DNA from: Moniliella sp. 'wahieum'
Taxonomy: Eukaryota
DNA: 64,000 nucleotides
Assembly (NCBI GenBank): GCA_003971905.1
Contig: RSEE01000002.1
Coordinates: 558,001-622,000, forward strand
Direction: 5' to 3'
Below the pieces are notes generated by a model. It was not told the DNA's origin and searched no databases. It saw only the letters and a list, made by a program, of their open reading frames with translations. Made by a program: the position numbers and the translations under genes. Positions 1 to 12,389 of the stretch are shown here, piece after piece. Position 1 is the first letter of the stretch. Each line of letters begins with the position of its first letter.

Positions 1-1176
1 TAGCTGCCGCTGGCTAGCATTACCCCACCAATGTGACCTATAGTTCACTCTGAGTCTACTAGTATGCCACCCTTGCTCAAGCCATGCATCATGCACCCCG
101 CCCATTTCTCCTCTACGCTTGCCGCCGAGGTGTTCGACGACTTCGGCACCTCTCGTAACACTAAGAAAATCCAAGACTGTTGGCTCGCGTTTGATTTGAT
201 CTATATGCCCCTCAAAGTCCAAGATCATAGACGCCGCTGACGCACTGCAAGCCCATAATCCTGTCAGCGCCGCCACAAAGTGGCCTTTGTGTGGTGGACC
301 ATGAGTGGCAGGATCGAGTTTGATTTCACCTCCCTATGGCTTCGCTCCCTTGAGATTTGCAGTGGCGGGAACCTTCATATGACTGGCAATGATCCAGTCG
401 CGGCGTACCCAACTGTGTGCACCAATAATATATTATTGCTCAACAATAAGAGCATTGGAGAGCGAGGTACTTTGCTGGGGTAGTAGAGACGGCATACTAG
501 GGAGAAGTAAGCCACACGGACGAGGTTAGGATCAGACTATAACTCCAGCAGAGGCAGCATGACTGGTGTGTGTTGGTCTTTTAAGTCAAAAATAGGAAGA
601 GAAACAGGGTATAAAAGTGATGAGAAACCAAGAGGGGGGCGCGATCCTGGCTGCGTGCAGCCCCATCTCACAACCGGACGAATGCATGTCCGCTATAGGT
701 TTGGTGAAGAGCAGGGGTGTGGGGGAGAGAAAGAGAGGGGGGGGTTGGTAACAAAACACACACTGATTGTGCTTGAGCAATTTTTGCCCTTCCCTCTCTC
801 ATCCAGGAGCATCTAACACATGTCATGGCCTTTTTGTGGCAAAAAAAAGACTCCTTTTAAACCGTCGTTTCAGTCAAATATGATCGTTAGCGAAAGCTTA
901 GTAGTATGTGCGCTGCCATTGTACTGCTGGTCGAAACGATCAAAGTGTTCTCGACTGATCATATGCAGCACAGATAGGGTATTCTATCAATATCTTGTAA
1001 TTAGAGGAAGGGGCAACTAACCTCTCTTTTCTCTTGAGAGTACGGTTAACGGTTACAATATTATTTAGTCTACCAATCCTACTATGTCTACCCATCCTTC
1101 TTATCACCTGCATCAACCTCCCATTCCACTCTCTCAACAGATCTCAACCCCTCTGATTCAACACAATAAAGTAGCA

Positions 1177-3834
1177 TCACGAGAGAGTGCTTCGACCGAA
1201 GGTAGGTGGAATGCGGAGAACCTTGCCTCTGGCATCAAGGGATTGAGCCACCGGATCCGGGTCAAGAGAAAGCATGCTCGATAAAGCAAAGTCCCAAATC
1301 CGGAGGACAAAGGAACTTCCAACTGTGGTCGTGAGGGCGCGTGTGGGGTCGCGAGAGGCATCCGCCAGTGCAGCAGCGGCTCGTGGGCTTCCGGGTGTAC
1401 CCAAAGGACTGATGCCGCTCCGACCTGGCAAAAAGTAACTGCCCCCTCGGTCATATAGGGGGGTACTGAACCGACTCCGCGAACTGAAATGGAGAAGCAC
1501 ATAAGCGCAGCTCGGGGTCAGCGCGACTGCCACGGGCAAGGTCAGCCCGTTCCGAAGCAGAATGAGAAGCATGCGCGCGGTATTGGCGCGGTATACTTCC
1601 ACCTTGGTCTGGGGATCATTGGGATCAAAACTACGCTTGATTCCTGAACGAGAGACGCGAGGCGAGCGCGGGGAGGCAGGCATATCCGTGACCTGGGCTG
1701 CTCCCATCATGTCGGTGATGGACTCGATACTGTCTTCGTCCGGCACCTCCGAAAGGGCCCCGAGAGAAGCAGGGCTTGCCCTGCCCTTGCCCTTGTCCTT
1801 GCCTTTGTCTGTTCATCCTCATAAAACATCGCAGTGTCACCATAGACCTTTTCCGGGTGGAGGATGGGGTCAAACTGAGCAACTAACGCAGGTGCTCGGG
1901 CAGCAGCTAGGTCCGTCACGTGAATCAAGTCTAGGCGGTTTTCTCCTTGAGTAGATGCCAGGGCGGCAGCGGTGAAGTTGATGAGAAAAGGGGGGTGAGA
2001 GGAGGCCCAGATGCTGGAAGCAAAGAAGGGGGAGGACTTCGTTGTGGTTGCGGCCCCCTCTGGTTTGGAGAATTGGAACAATGCATGCTCCGGAGCGCTG
2101 TACGAACCAGTTGGACTCGTATCTGGTGGCGGGATGAGAATAGCAAACAGTGCAGGTTGAGACAATGGGAATCCTGGTTGAACCACCTGCCGGGGAACCG
2201 GGGCGTCACCATGGTGAACATGAGGCGGAGAAGGTGAAGAGGCATAGGAACGGATGGATGCAAAGTATGATGTATAATCCGCCATGACCAGCAGTTTGTC
2301 CCCATGAGCAGCAACCAAGGTACCGGGCCCACCAGGAGGAGATGAGCAGCTGAGGACGTCCCAGTTGCCCCAGGCAGGTTTTCTAGGAGTGGAATTTTGA
2401 TGAGCAAAGCCCGGACGTGCGCCAGAAATGCCTCTCAGGATAGGAAACAAATGACCCACTCTGGGTTGGCCGTAGGAGGAGCCGGCAGGCCAGTTAATGG
2501 TCCACTCGCTGGCACGAGGAGGGATGGTTAAGGCATCCTCCATCCCCTCCGCAAAAGGAAGCGCTCCATGATGCAGAGACCAGACGACCGTGTTGGAATC
2601 CATGTGAATGGCCCAGATGTTGGTCAATTTGCTGTCTGGATCGGGAACATCGTTGGTTTGGTTGAACTGGCCCGTGGGTTCGGGGATGTTGCGAGCGTCC
2701 TCGGTGATGAAAAAGTACGTGTCATCAAACGTATAGTGAGCGGACCAAGGCCGGCGTATCAAGGATCGAGGAAAGACGACGAGGTCCAAGGTGCGGTAAT
2801 GGCGCATGGTGGAGACGTCCCAGAAGAGCACATCCCCCACGCCTGTAAGAGCAGCGACGATTGACCCCCGCATTTGCAATCCATACAAGCCTGAAGGAAT
2901 ATCCGAGTAGGGCAGGGTGCCCATACCGACGTACACGCCCTTGCGAGGACATGGATGCCCTAGTATTGCTTCTGACTTCCAGACCCCCAGATTTTGTGAG
3001 CCCAGTTTGCGGACTGAACGAAAGATGGGGTTAGCGGCGAAAAAGGAAGAGAGACGATCAAACAAACATACTGTGTCTGTTGATCACAATGAAGCCATTC
3101 TCAGCCACAACCCCATGTTCTGTTTCGCCCACTTGGCGACGGCCCCAGAGAAAGGCGCCCGACTGCGCATCAAGTGTCCAAATGGCCTTCGGGCTCCATA
3201 CCACGATGGTGCCATCATGCGGGAGAGGAATGGCAACTTCATTACTCGAACTAAACGAGTCCATATTCGAGCCGGAGAAGATGGAGTGATAGAGTGCTAC
3301 GCGCTCCTGCTCATGGGCGGAAGTGTAGGCGTCGTCGTTGTCGTCATTGTCGTCGAACGGACGGCTGTGCTGACCAGGCCTAGAGAGCGGGTTTGGCATG
3401 GTGGCAGGGGATGGCTTGGTGGGCATGACATGCTGAATGAGAGGCAACCTTGGCGCGACGGGATGCCACGGGCCCAAGTAGGAGCCATGAAAAGCGGCGC
3501 GTCGGTCCTGGGTCAGGACCCAGGTCTTCCAACTGGTGGTGCGGTCCAGCACGCCCGACTCGTCGTCGGTGGCGGGTGGCGGGGCAGGAGCTGGGGGGGC
3601 ATCGACGGGCGCAAGGGCGAGGCGGCGGGCGAGTTGGCGCCAGATCCAGGGGTCGCTGATGCGAGCGTTCCAGCCGGCGCTCACTGCCGACAGCGCCGCC
3701 ACCTCGTGCGGGGCCAGCACGCCCGCGACAAAAACCGCATGGCCCACCTCAAGCGGCAAGCTGGTGATTGGGTCCCGGAGCGGAGGTGCAGCGGCGAGAT
3801 CAGCGGGCGCGTCGAGCCCAGGCAAGCGCGGCAT
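1177..3834 (-). CDS. F-box domain protein (split over 3 ORFs by frameshifts)
   Basis: The N-terminal DPITSLPLEVGHAVF...EVAALSAVSAGWNARISDPWIWRQL matches the F-box pattern (LP.E...V.+.W......+W). ORFs 3058..3978, 1707..3065 and 1177..1746 overlap end to end on the same strand. The likely ATG is at 3834. Confidence 0.7.
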
Positions 3835-5006
3835 CGCCAGCAAGAGAGCGGTGGTGGCGGCCCCGCGAGTATGCTGTGTGTGGGGCCCGTGCTTGGGGTG
3901 GAGAGGCGCCTGCGTCGGTCCAACCCCATCACGTGGTCCACGTGACCCAATCGACACAAGCATCATCTGGTGGGGCACTCCTGATCACTACCCCGCGGCC
4001 GCGCCCTCGACGTATGATACCTGTAGTCTTCAACCAGGCCTCTCTCCTTCGGTCCCGTTTGCTTCTTTATCTGGATGGACCCAGTCTTCTCCTCGGACCC
4101 CACGATAACGTGGACTGGCAGCCCTACTTCGGATAAGGAGGCTGTTGTCGACAATAAGGGATCTGAAACTATTGCTCGTTTTGGCCTTGCATGTCTCTTC
4201 CCCATTTTCGGTTTTCAATCAGTATGCAACGATCTGTCTCATTCGTTGTTTATTCGGATATGTGTCCTTTCCTATGTACCGGGATAAGCCCCCTGTCGTA
4301 CCAAGCAATTCAAAGAAACAGGATGCCGTTTATCATAGTATGTTGGGCCAAAACGCAGTCCTCCAGAAGCCAAACAAACAACTTCCTTGTGACCCCTTTC
4401 GCCAGCTCAGACTCTAGACGTCGTTGACATGGAACGAATGCGATTGCTGTCCTTTTGCCTCTTTGCTCTTGCTATTGCTACCGTAGCTTAGTACGTTCAC
4501 CGGCCACTCCCCATGCTCATCAGGAGGAACGAACGTCAACGACCCGCCCGATGCCTCCTGACCCCTTCGTTTGGTTGAACGTTGATCCGCCTCCATTGCA
4601 CCATCCATACTACACGTTACACAATGGGGATGCAAGGCAACAACGCGAATGAGATCGGCAGCGAGATGTCTGGCCCTCGGGAAGTGTGTCGAGACCATCA
4701 GCGCAACCGTGGTACTGGCGGAGAGATTGTGCTCGACGCAAAAACCGATAACAGCAATGGATAAGTTAGAAGCCCAGTTGAACTGATGGTGGCTATCGCC
4801 CGATTCGAGGGGCCTCTACAGGCCTAATTATCCTACCCCGCTTGACACGCAACACCCGCGCGTACCAGCCTACTGTATCTCTTCAGGCCTCGGCCTCGTT
4901 GTTCGCCGCGCCTCAAACAAAAAAATCACGGCGTTGGATAAAAAGCGAGCGCGGGCATACAGAGCACCACGGGTGGCAAAGCTTGCCGCTTTCCGCACCA
5001 CATGCG

Positions 5007-6053
5007 TCATAGATGTTCCTCCTCCTCCTGCGGTCTACGTTCCTGCAATGGCATCTCGGTCAAAGGCGGTGCGGGCGAGCGTACCCGAGGCGACCCCACT
5101 GGAGAATTGTGAAGCGAGCCCAGTAACGCTTCGCGCGATTGACCGGGAGGGAACGGGGGGTAGGAACCGCCGACGCGCAACGGAGCCGAAGAGGTATGCG
5201 AGGAAAAGTGATGATGACCGCTCCATCCGGACCCGCGCCATGGCTGGGTGGCGGGGGAGCGGGCGGACGGGTCGTGGCCCAAGAGGACAGTGTTGCGCCT
5301 ACGCGCCTGGGCGGAAGCTTGTGACCGGCGTACGACAGCGACCAAACGCAAAGCTTGGACCATGTTGCGAACAATAAGCAACACTGAATCGATCCGTTCC
5401 TCGTTATCCGCCGCATCTCGTGGTGGTGGCGATGGCTGGCTGGTTGGCGGACAAGCGTGGTGCACGCCCAATACGATAAGCGTCACAATACACATCACCA
5501 CCAAAGCCAGATCCACAATGTTGAGACGAGATGCCCAGAAGCCTTTGCCAAATGCAGCCAGACGCAATCCCACCTCAAAAATCAGTAGGACATTGATACT
5601 CCCCTCCAGGACAAAGAAGGCGACCGCCCTACTGTTTCGGTGTGCCTGTCCATCGGGAGAAGGGGTGCAGTCCAAATGTGACGCGCCTCCAAAGGATAAA
5701 AAGGCAGCGACAAGCGAAGCGAGTGCCATGCCCCCATAAAGCCAAAGGTAAGCTTGACTGTGGACAAAGCGGTTGGCCGCGCCCTTGAGGGCCTCTTGGC
5801 GGGTAAGACGGTACGTGTACTGCGTGCTGTGTCCATGCACCGAACATGGTCAGTGCTATTCTTAGAGAAAGGGGGAGCGGGGGTATAACACTTGCCCTCG
5901 TGGGCCAGGGGATGGCGTGGGCATGAGCAGTGCCACGTCGGAGCTGTCGGGAGCGACGGACATAGTGGGTTCGTGGCGATGGGCGCGGCGTGAGCCCCGC
6001 ACAGAGCTGGCGGCGGGATAGGACCCGGTCGATTGGGGCGCGTACGAAGCCAT
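5007..6053 (-). CDS. Fungal 4-TM Ion_trans / voltage-sensor-like membrane protein; intron ~5827-5895
   Basis: Four hydrophobic segments carry S2 'E..IN.LL.FEV.LR', S3 'FW.S..N..D..LV' and S4-like 'LLIVRN..Q..RL..VVRR'. The upstream ORF 5862..6059 joins in frame through an intron with an ACTGAC branch site. Confidence 0.7.
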
Positions 6054-8756
6054 GGGCACTCACGCCAGACAGAGGCGTGAGCGGAGGAGGACAATGTCAA
6101 TGGCGACGGCGATGATGACGACGTCGACGATGCAGATGATGGTCCATGACCTGCAGGGTAGTGGGGCAACCTTACGCAAGCCATCAGTGACGGGTGATGT
6201 GTGATGTGTGATGAGCGCTGAGCGTTGGCGACGTGGGACGGAGGCCTGGTCCGTGCACGCACCTATCCAGCTGGACTCATCCACGTTTCCTGTCTACCGC
6301 GAGCAGGCAGAAGGGCGGGGCGACGGGCTTCACCACCAATAATGAGGGCGATGCGATGGACCCAGCTAATGGTTCCAGCTATCGACAATAGAGATGGCAC
6401 TGGGGAAGCTACTACGGTGTTTAGGCCCGCTGGTCTTTTCCGAGAGGCCGGAGAAGAGGATTGGAAGGCGGATGGACGGGCGGATTGGGGGACACCGGCG
6501 CCGCCCACCACACGGCATAGAGGGTTAAGGCTCAGGATCGCTAGCGAAGGTCAGCTATCAGATCCAGAACTACTCCTGCAGCAAGTCCAGCGAGCTGCGC
6601 TGTCGTGTTGACGAAGGCGCTCTTGGTTCCTTCCTGCGCAGTGTCCTTCATCCAAGTTATGCCGCAAGAAGAACACAGAGACGTATCCGGTAGGGGAAGT
6701 TGAGGAAAGCTTGTCCCTCCTCAACCACTTTCGTACCGTCAAGCACATGCGTCACGCTGGTAGAGGATGCAAAAACTTCTGGGTAGTCTCTTTTTGTACA
6801 AGCCCACCTAGACAATCCACCGTCCCTCTTGGTGGGCACCACACCCCAGACGTCTGGCAAAGCAGGAAAAGCCAGCGCATCCCCAGATCTATCGGTGCCA
6901 AGTGGCAGCCGGCTTCAAGCTGGGATTCCAAACGGAGGAGACGCGCCCAGGGAATCCCACATCTCTTCTGCAAAGCGAACGCAACGTGTAATAGCTTCTC
7001 CCGATGGTGTTCGCCACTCTTCTGCCACAGGTACAGTCCATGTCGCATCCATTTCTCCCGCCCCTCAGTACTGAGACTCAGTAAACTGAGTACTCAATGG
7101 AGTCCGACTCCTAGTTACCTTCCGGAGTTCAGTTGTCGAGGGTACATCTCGTTGTGGGGGGTGACCCGATGACGAGGGCCGAGGCAGTGAGGACAGCAGG
7201 GCGGGTGAAGGCACAGCGGGTGCGGGGCGACGTTGGTGGAAGCAGAAGAACGAGGCAAGTGTTTGAGAAGGTGGTATGGCGAGGACGCCTGAAGTGGCAG
7301 GAGGCGCTCGGGGCTGGAGGATGGAGACGGCTGGCCCTGTGCCTGTCGGCTGTCACATGTCACATGCATCACATGTGATGGCATGTGTCGCATGGATGTC
7401 ACATGTCACATGTCACTCTCAAGCTCCAAGGTACTCACTTTGTATTGAGTACGGAGCGAGTAGCGAGTACGTATAGTAATGAGCTAGTGAGCACGAAGTA
7501 CCGAGCACACTGGGTGGCTAGAGAACTGGCGTGCTAGGCGCTGGGCGCAAGTGAGCTAGTGAAGCTAGTGAGAGTGACTCGTATTTTTAAGCGGTGGCCG
7601 GTGGCAAGGGACATGGTGTGGGATGGCTGCGGAGCACGTGCGCTTTGGTACTGGGACGCAGTACTCAGTGGTAGACGGATGGACAGCAGTCTGGATTTTC
7701 CCAGCTCCATTGCCCATCGGACGGGGCCAGACTGGGCCAGAACCCTAGGACTACTATGATATATGACGCCCGCTCCCATGGGGTCTGGTAGGATCTGCGG
7801 CAAGCGTCAAGCTTCACTACTTTCGCTCTGCTTTACTAGTTACTAGTTACTAGTTACTTCGCTTCGGGTCTGCTTCCGGTCTGGTCCGACCTGGGTCAGT
7901 ACTGAACCTCAGTCTGCTGTGCCCTGCGTTGCGGCATCGATGACTTGGCTAGTTCAGACCGATATGTGCCCTCTGATGCAGAGGTACACCCTTGTATACC
8001 CTTGTCTGCCCCCTTGTACTGCCTGTGCCAAGAGCGAGGTGTGTTGCCAGCAGTGCGCCAGTATGGCCGCTCCAAGCTCCATCCCCCTTTGTCCAGCCCC
8101 AGAAGCCAGAAGAGCCCCGGCGGCGGCGTGGGGAACGGGGGCGGAGGATGCTAGTTGCTAGATATATAGATGCTAGGTATTCTAAGAGTCGCTAGTTGCC
8201 GGCTGCCGGATACCATATGTACTCGCTTCCCCGAGTGCCCAGTCCCAGTGCCGTTGAGTACCTGACGCGTCACGCATCACGGTTCAGGCAGAGTACGTAG
8301 CGTAGGCTCTTCGGTACCTGGCCAGCGAGGCGTCGCTACACCGAGCACTCAGTACTCCGTTGGTACTCATACTCTTCAACGTACTCACCCGCCTCGCGGC
8401 CGCGTAGGCTCCATATAAGCTTCACACGCCCCCAGGCCCCCCCGTCCTGGAGCACTCGCCCGGCGCCATGGAGATAGCTTGCGATAGCTCGCCTACCTCG
8501 TGGGGGCCTGAGTGCAGCAATCGGATCGTGCCCAGTATGTATCAACCAACAGTAATACAGTAGCTGCCCTGACCACCAGGCCTCAGACCGGAGCCTCAGG
8601 CCGCAGGCCCGCCGCTCCATTCAACGTATCGCCGTTGCCGGCATCCGTCCTCTTGTCACGCTCGCCACCACCTTCTTGCCCCCCCCCCAACCTCACCGGT
8701 CATCTGGGCGCTCATCCCCACTTCCGCCTCTCCCCCCAATCCAATCCAAGACTTAC

Positions 8757-11037
8757 ATGTCTTCCCTCGACTCCCCCTCCCACGCCTCGGCCGAGCTTGC
8801 CTCGGCCGACGTGGTGACTGCCGGCTCGTTTCTAGCCCGCGCGCTTGCTCGCCATCTCCCCGCGAGTCTCCGCTCCGACACCGCCCTCAGTCCCACCCCA
8901 GCACCAGCAGCAGCAGCCTTGGCAACTCTTTCCCTCCCGGCCCCATCCCTGGCCCTGTGTCCGGTCCCAATCCCGACCCCAACCCCTTCCGTCAAGCCAA
9001 CTCCACCATCACCGAGCGGCCGTGGAAGAGCAGCGAGATTGACCCCCTGACTCGCTCGTCCGACGAGATGCCTGCTTTGGCCTCTTCCCTCCCTCCGGAG
9101 CATGCCCGTGCCCATTCTGTCTCCGTCGCCGATATTTGGCGGGAACAAGAAACAGCTCATCTTTCTCCCTCTGCGCGGACCAAGTCGGCCAGCAGCAGCA
9201 ACAAGCCAACACGGCCCCAAACGTACGTTCCCCCCACTCAATCCCTGTCCCGCAGCAGCCATACCACCCGTGGGTCCCGCCGCGCATCCCAAGCGAGGGG
9301 TATGCCCATCCCCATCGCCAGCACCACCACCGCAGCACGCCAAGCTGGGTCTCACCCTTCCTCCTCTCCTCTTCGCCATCCTATTCGACTCGGCTTCCCA
9401 GTTCATCCATCCAGGCGCTTGCCACGTTACATCTTAGTGGCTCGGGCGGGCCACCACCAACAACGAGAGCGTCCGTGCCGGCCGTATCTACGCGCACCAG
9501 TGTCAGCACCAACCGCCCCCCTCCCTCGACTCACTTTAGCTCGGCCGATCCTGTCTTGGTTCGACCACTGCGACGACCGGGATCCATCGCTTCGACCGGC
9601 ACGACGACCTCGACCAGCTCCAATTCGAGTGTTGCCAATCCGCTTCTCACCTCGTTGAGCAATACCAGTGCCACACCCTCCCCCAACCCGCCTCGCCGGA
9701 TCTCGGAGACAGCTACGTTGTCCCCTCGGGCAGCGACCGAGTTGGCCATCTGGATGTTGAATGGCTCGCCGAAAATTACAGGCCAACCCCAGTCCCCCCG
9801 TCGGACGTCGACGGGGAAAGATCCGGTTGGCCCGAGTTCCAAGGGGGAGTCGCTCCGTCCCCTTGGTTCTGGTCCTTCCAAATCGGCTGGCAGCCCAAGC
9901 TTCCGTCCTTCTGGGGATCTGGTTACGCCAAGGAGCGTGCCCGGCGGGAGTCTGGAAGGGGACTGGTCCCTTGGTTCGCCGGCGGTGCCTCTTGAACAGG
10001 GCCAGTGGGCGCCCGATGAGGAAGTGGAAGAAGAAGACGATGAAGAGGAGGAGGAGGAGGCGAGATTCTGGTCCGAGCAACGAAACGAAAGTTCCTTGTT
10101 GCCCATTGCAGCGCCTTCAAACGTAACGCGGCAAGATTCGATTTGCACCATCGGTTCGGGTCCGGTCCATGTTGGTTCCTCGTTCCCGCCGCCGCGAACG
10201 TCGAAACGGCATCAATTGTTGCGCAAGCATGGTCCGGCTTGGCCAGCGTATTCGGCCAATAGTCACCAACACTATCATATGGCAGTGGCGGTGCTCAACT
10301 CGGAACTGGCCCGGTCTCCTCTGCCTGCATGGGAGGAGGCAGTGGGTGCGTCGGTGGTCAAGTCGTTGTCAAAGGAAGAGGTTGTGCGACAGAGCACCAT
10401 GTACGAGCTGTTACAGACGCAACACCAACTGGTGGTGGATTTGCGTGTGATTTCGGATGTGGTGATTCCGGCGTTGCTCAATGGCTCGGTTCCCCTGTCA
10501 GAGATGAGCGATCCCACGCGTCGTTTTTCTTCGGTCGGGCACGACATTGGTCTGGGGGATGCATCGGAACGAAGTGCGTTTGTGGAGCGGGTGCTTGGCA
10601 CGGTATTTGAGCTGGACCGTCAATCGCGCCAGCTGTTGGCCTTGTTGAAGAAACGGTTTGTCAAGACGGGACCGCAACGCGTGGTGTCCGGCGTGGGAGA
10701 TATCATGTTGCAAACGTTGTTGAACTACGAGTTTGGACGAGCGTTTGAGCTGTACATGCTTTCCTACAGTGGTGGCAAAGCGCGGATCGATCGTGAACTC
10801 AAGACGAATGCGCGGTTCAAGGCGTTTTGGGACGACTTGTGCGAGTACCCGGCGCTGCGTAAGTTGGGCTGGAACCATTTCCACCAAAAGCCCTCGGTCC
10901 ACTTTCAACGCTACGCGTTACAACTGGAAAAACTAATTGAGCGGACCAAAGATGCTGAGGAACTGGGCAACCTACAAACAGCGCTCACCTTGGCCAGGGA
11001 CATTACATTTCGGATCAACGCCAAGATCGACCCATAA
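8757..11037 (+). CDS. RhoGEF (Dbl-homology domain, Rom/Rgf-like) with long Ser/Pro-rich N-terminus
   Basis: SLSKEEVVRQSTMYELLQT...DL, GVGDIML, LRKLGW..F..KP..HFQRYALQLEKL and a terminal ..IN match a fungal DH domain. The 5' part is frameshifted, so the start is approximate. Confidence 0.75.
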
Positions 11038-12389
11038 GCTATCTCGTCGGTCATGGAAGATCCCCTCTAAGATCTGATATCGTTTCATTGGCTCTTTGGA
11101 GAGGCAATATTGGCGGAGGGGCTACTTTGGAATGGGAGGGACCGCACGCGCTGCCTTTTATACACTGTGAATTATGGATCCCTCGACTCTCGCTTTTGCT
11201 CCTAATTAATGGTCGACGCTGCCTCACACGCCGATCACCACGCCCCCTCAAGTATTCACTCGTTCTCTCCTCGAGCGCAACTCGCGCAACACCTCCTTGT
11301 TGTCTCTTTCGTTTCGTTTCCATTAATGCCTTTACATACGGGTCACACGCCTGGCACGGATATGCAGAGTGCCTACGCTCATGCGACCCAACAGTTTGTT
11401 TCTACTGTATATGCCCGGTAATTGGCGCGTGAGCGTGCAAGGGTACTGCGACCAAGAAAGAAGTTTGTGTACGATGTTGTGCATGGAATACCCAACCGCG
11501 CTGAAGCTGAAGCTGGAAACTTTGGACACTTGAGTTCAAGCTTGAGACTTTTTGGTGAGCAGACGTGTGGGCTTGTAAAACATGGGGATTCACCAATTAA
11601 TACTACTACTTGGTAGCCATAGAGGGAGAATTGGATCTACAGCATGCGTATAGGTTACCCCCCATAGGCGCTATAGGCGACGAGAGCGCTTCTTCCGTCC
11701 TCTGCTGGTATGTGGAACTGTTGGCTGGGCATTCTTTCCATCGGGGAGAAGTTGCGATACATGAAAAGGCCGGGTCTTACTGGTTGTTGTGCTCATCTCT
11801 GCCTCTGTCCTCGGAGATATGAAAGCGGGGAGCAAGCCGGGGGTCCGTTAGTACTACGACCGAGTATAGCCAGTGGCTGGAGCTAAAATCGGATCTAACC
11901 GTTGTCAGACGTCAGGGTAACCCCACAGAGAGGGGGCCTGAGGCACGGCATTGGCAGGACTATCTCCCCGGCCTGTCAGGAATCTCAGCACGATGCACCC
12001 ACCAGTGTCAGGAGGACTTGGGGCGATTGCGAGAGCCTGAGCAATCGATAGATCGATAAGCGATACTGGGATTAGCCCCGCAGTCCAAACCACATGCTAC
12101 TCCGTGGCATTCCAATCGCACCACAGACCTCCCCCAAGGCCCAAACGCAATCCGAGGACCGTGTTCAACTTGGGTCATTCAACGTTCAACGTTCCGTCAA
12201 TTTAACGCCGGCTGCGCTTGCTCGGCGCCTCACAGCGCGGATAAATCATCCGTCACCGCGTCACTGTCACCGGTCACCAGTCACTCACTAGTCACGAGCA
12301 CTTGATATCACGAGCAATCCAATCCCGTCCCAGGGATCCCTATCGTCCTCCTCCTCTCTCTCCACCTCCACCTCCACATCCGCATCACC

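Noticed and set aside
90..480. Possible Ulp1-like peptidase relic (HFSS..W..FDLIYMP...H)
   Set aside because: The resemblance is weak, catalytic HW/D/QxxxxxC motifs were not found, and stops interrupt the frame.
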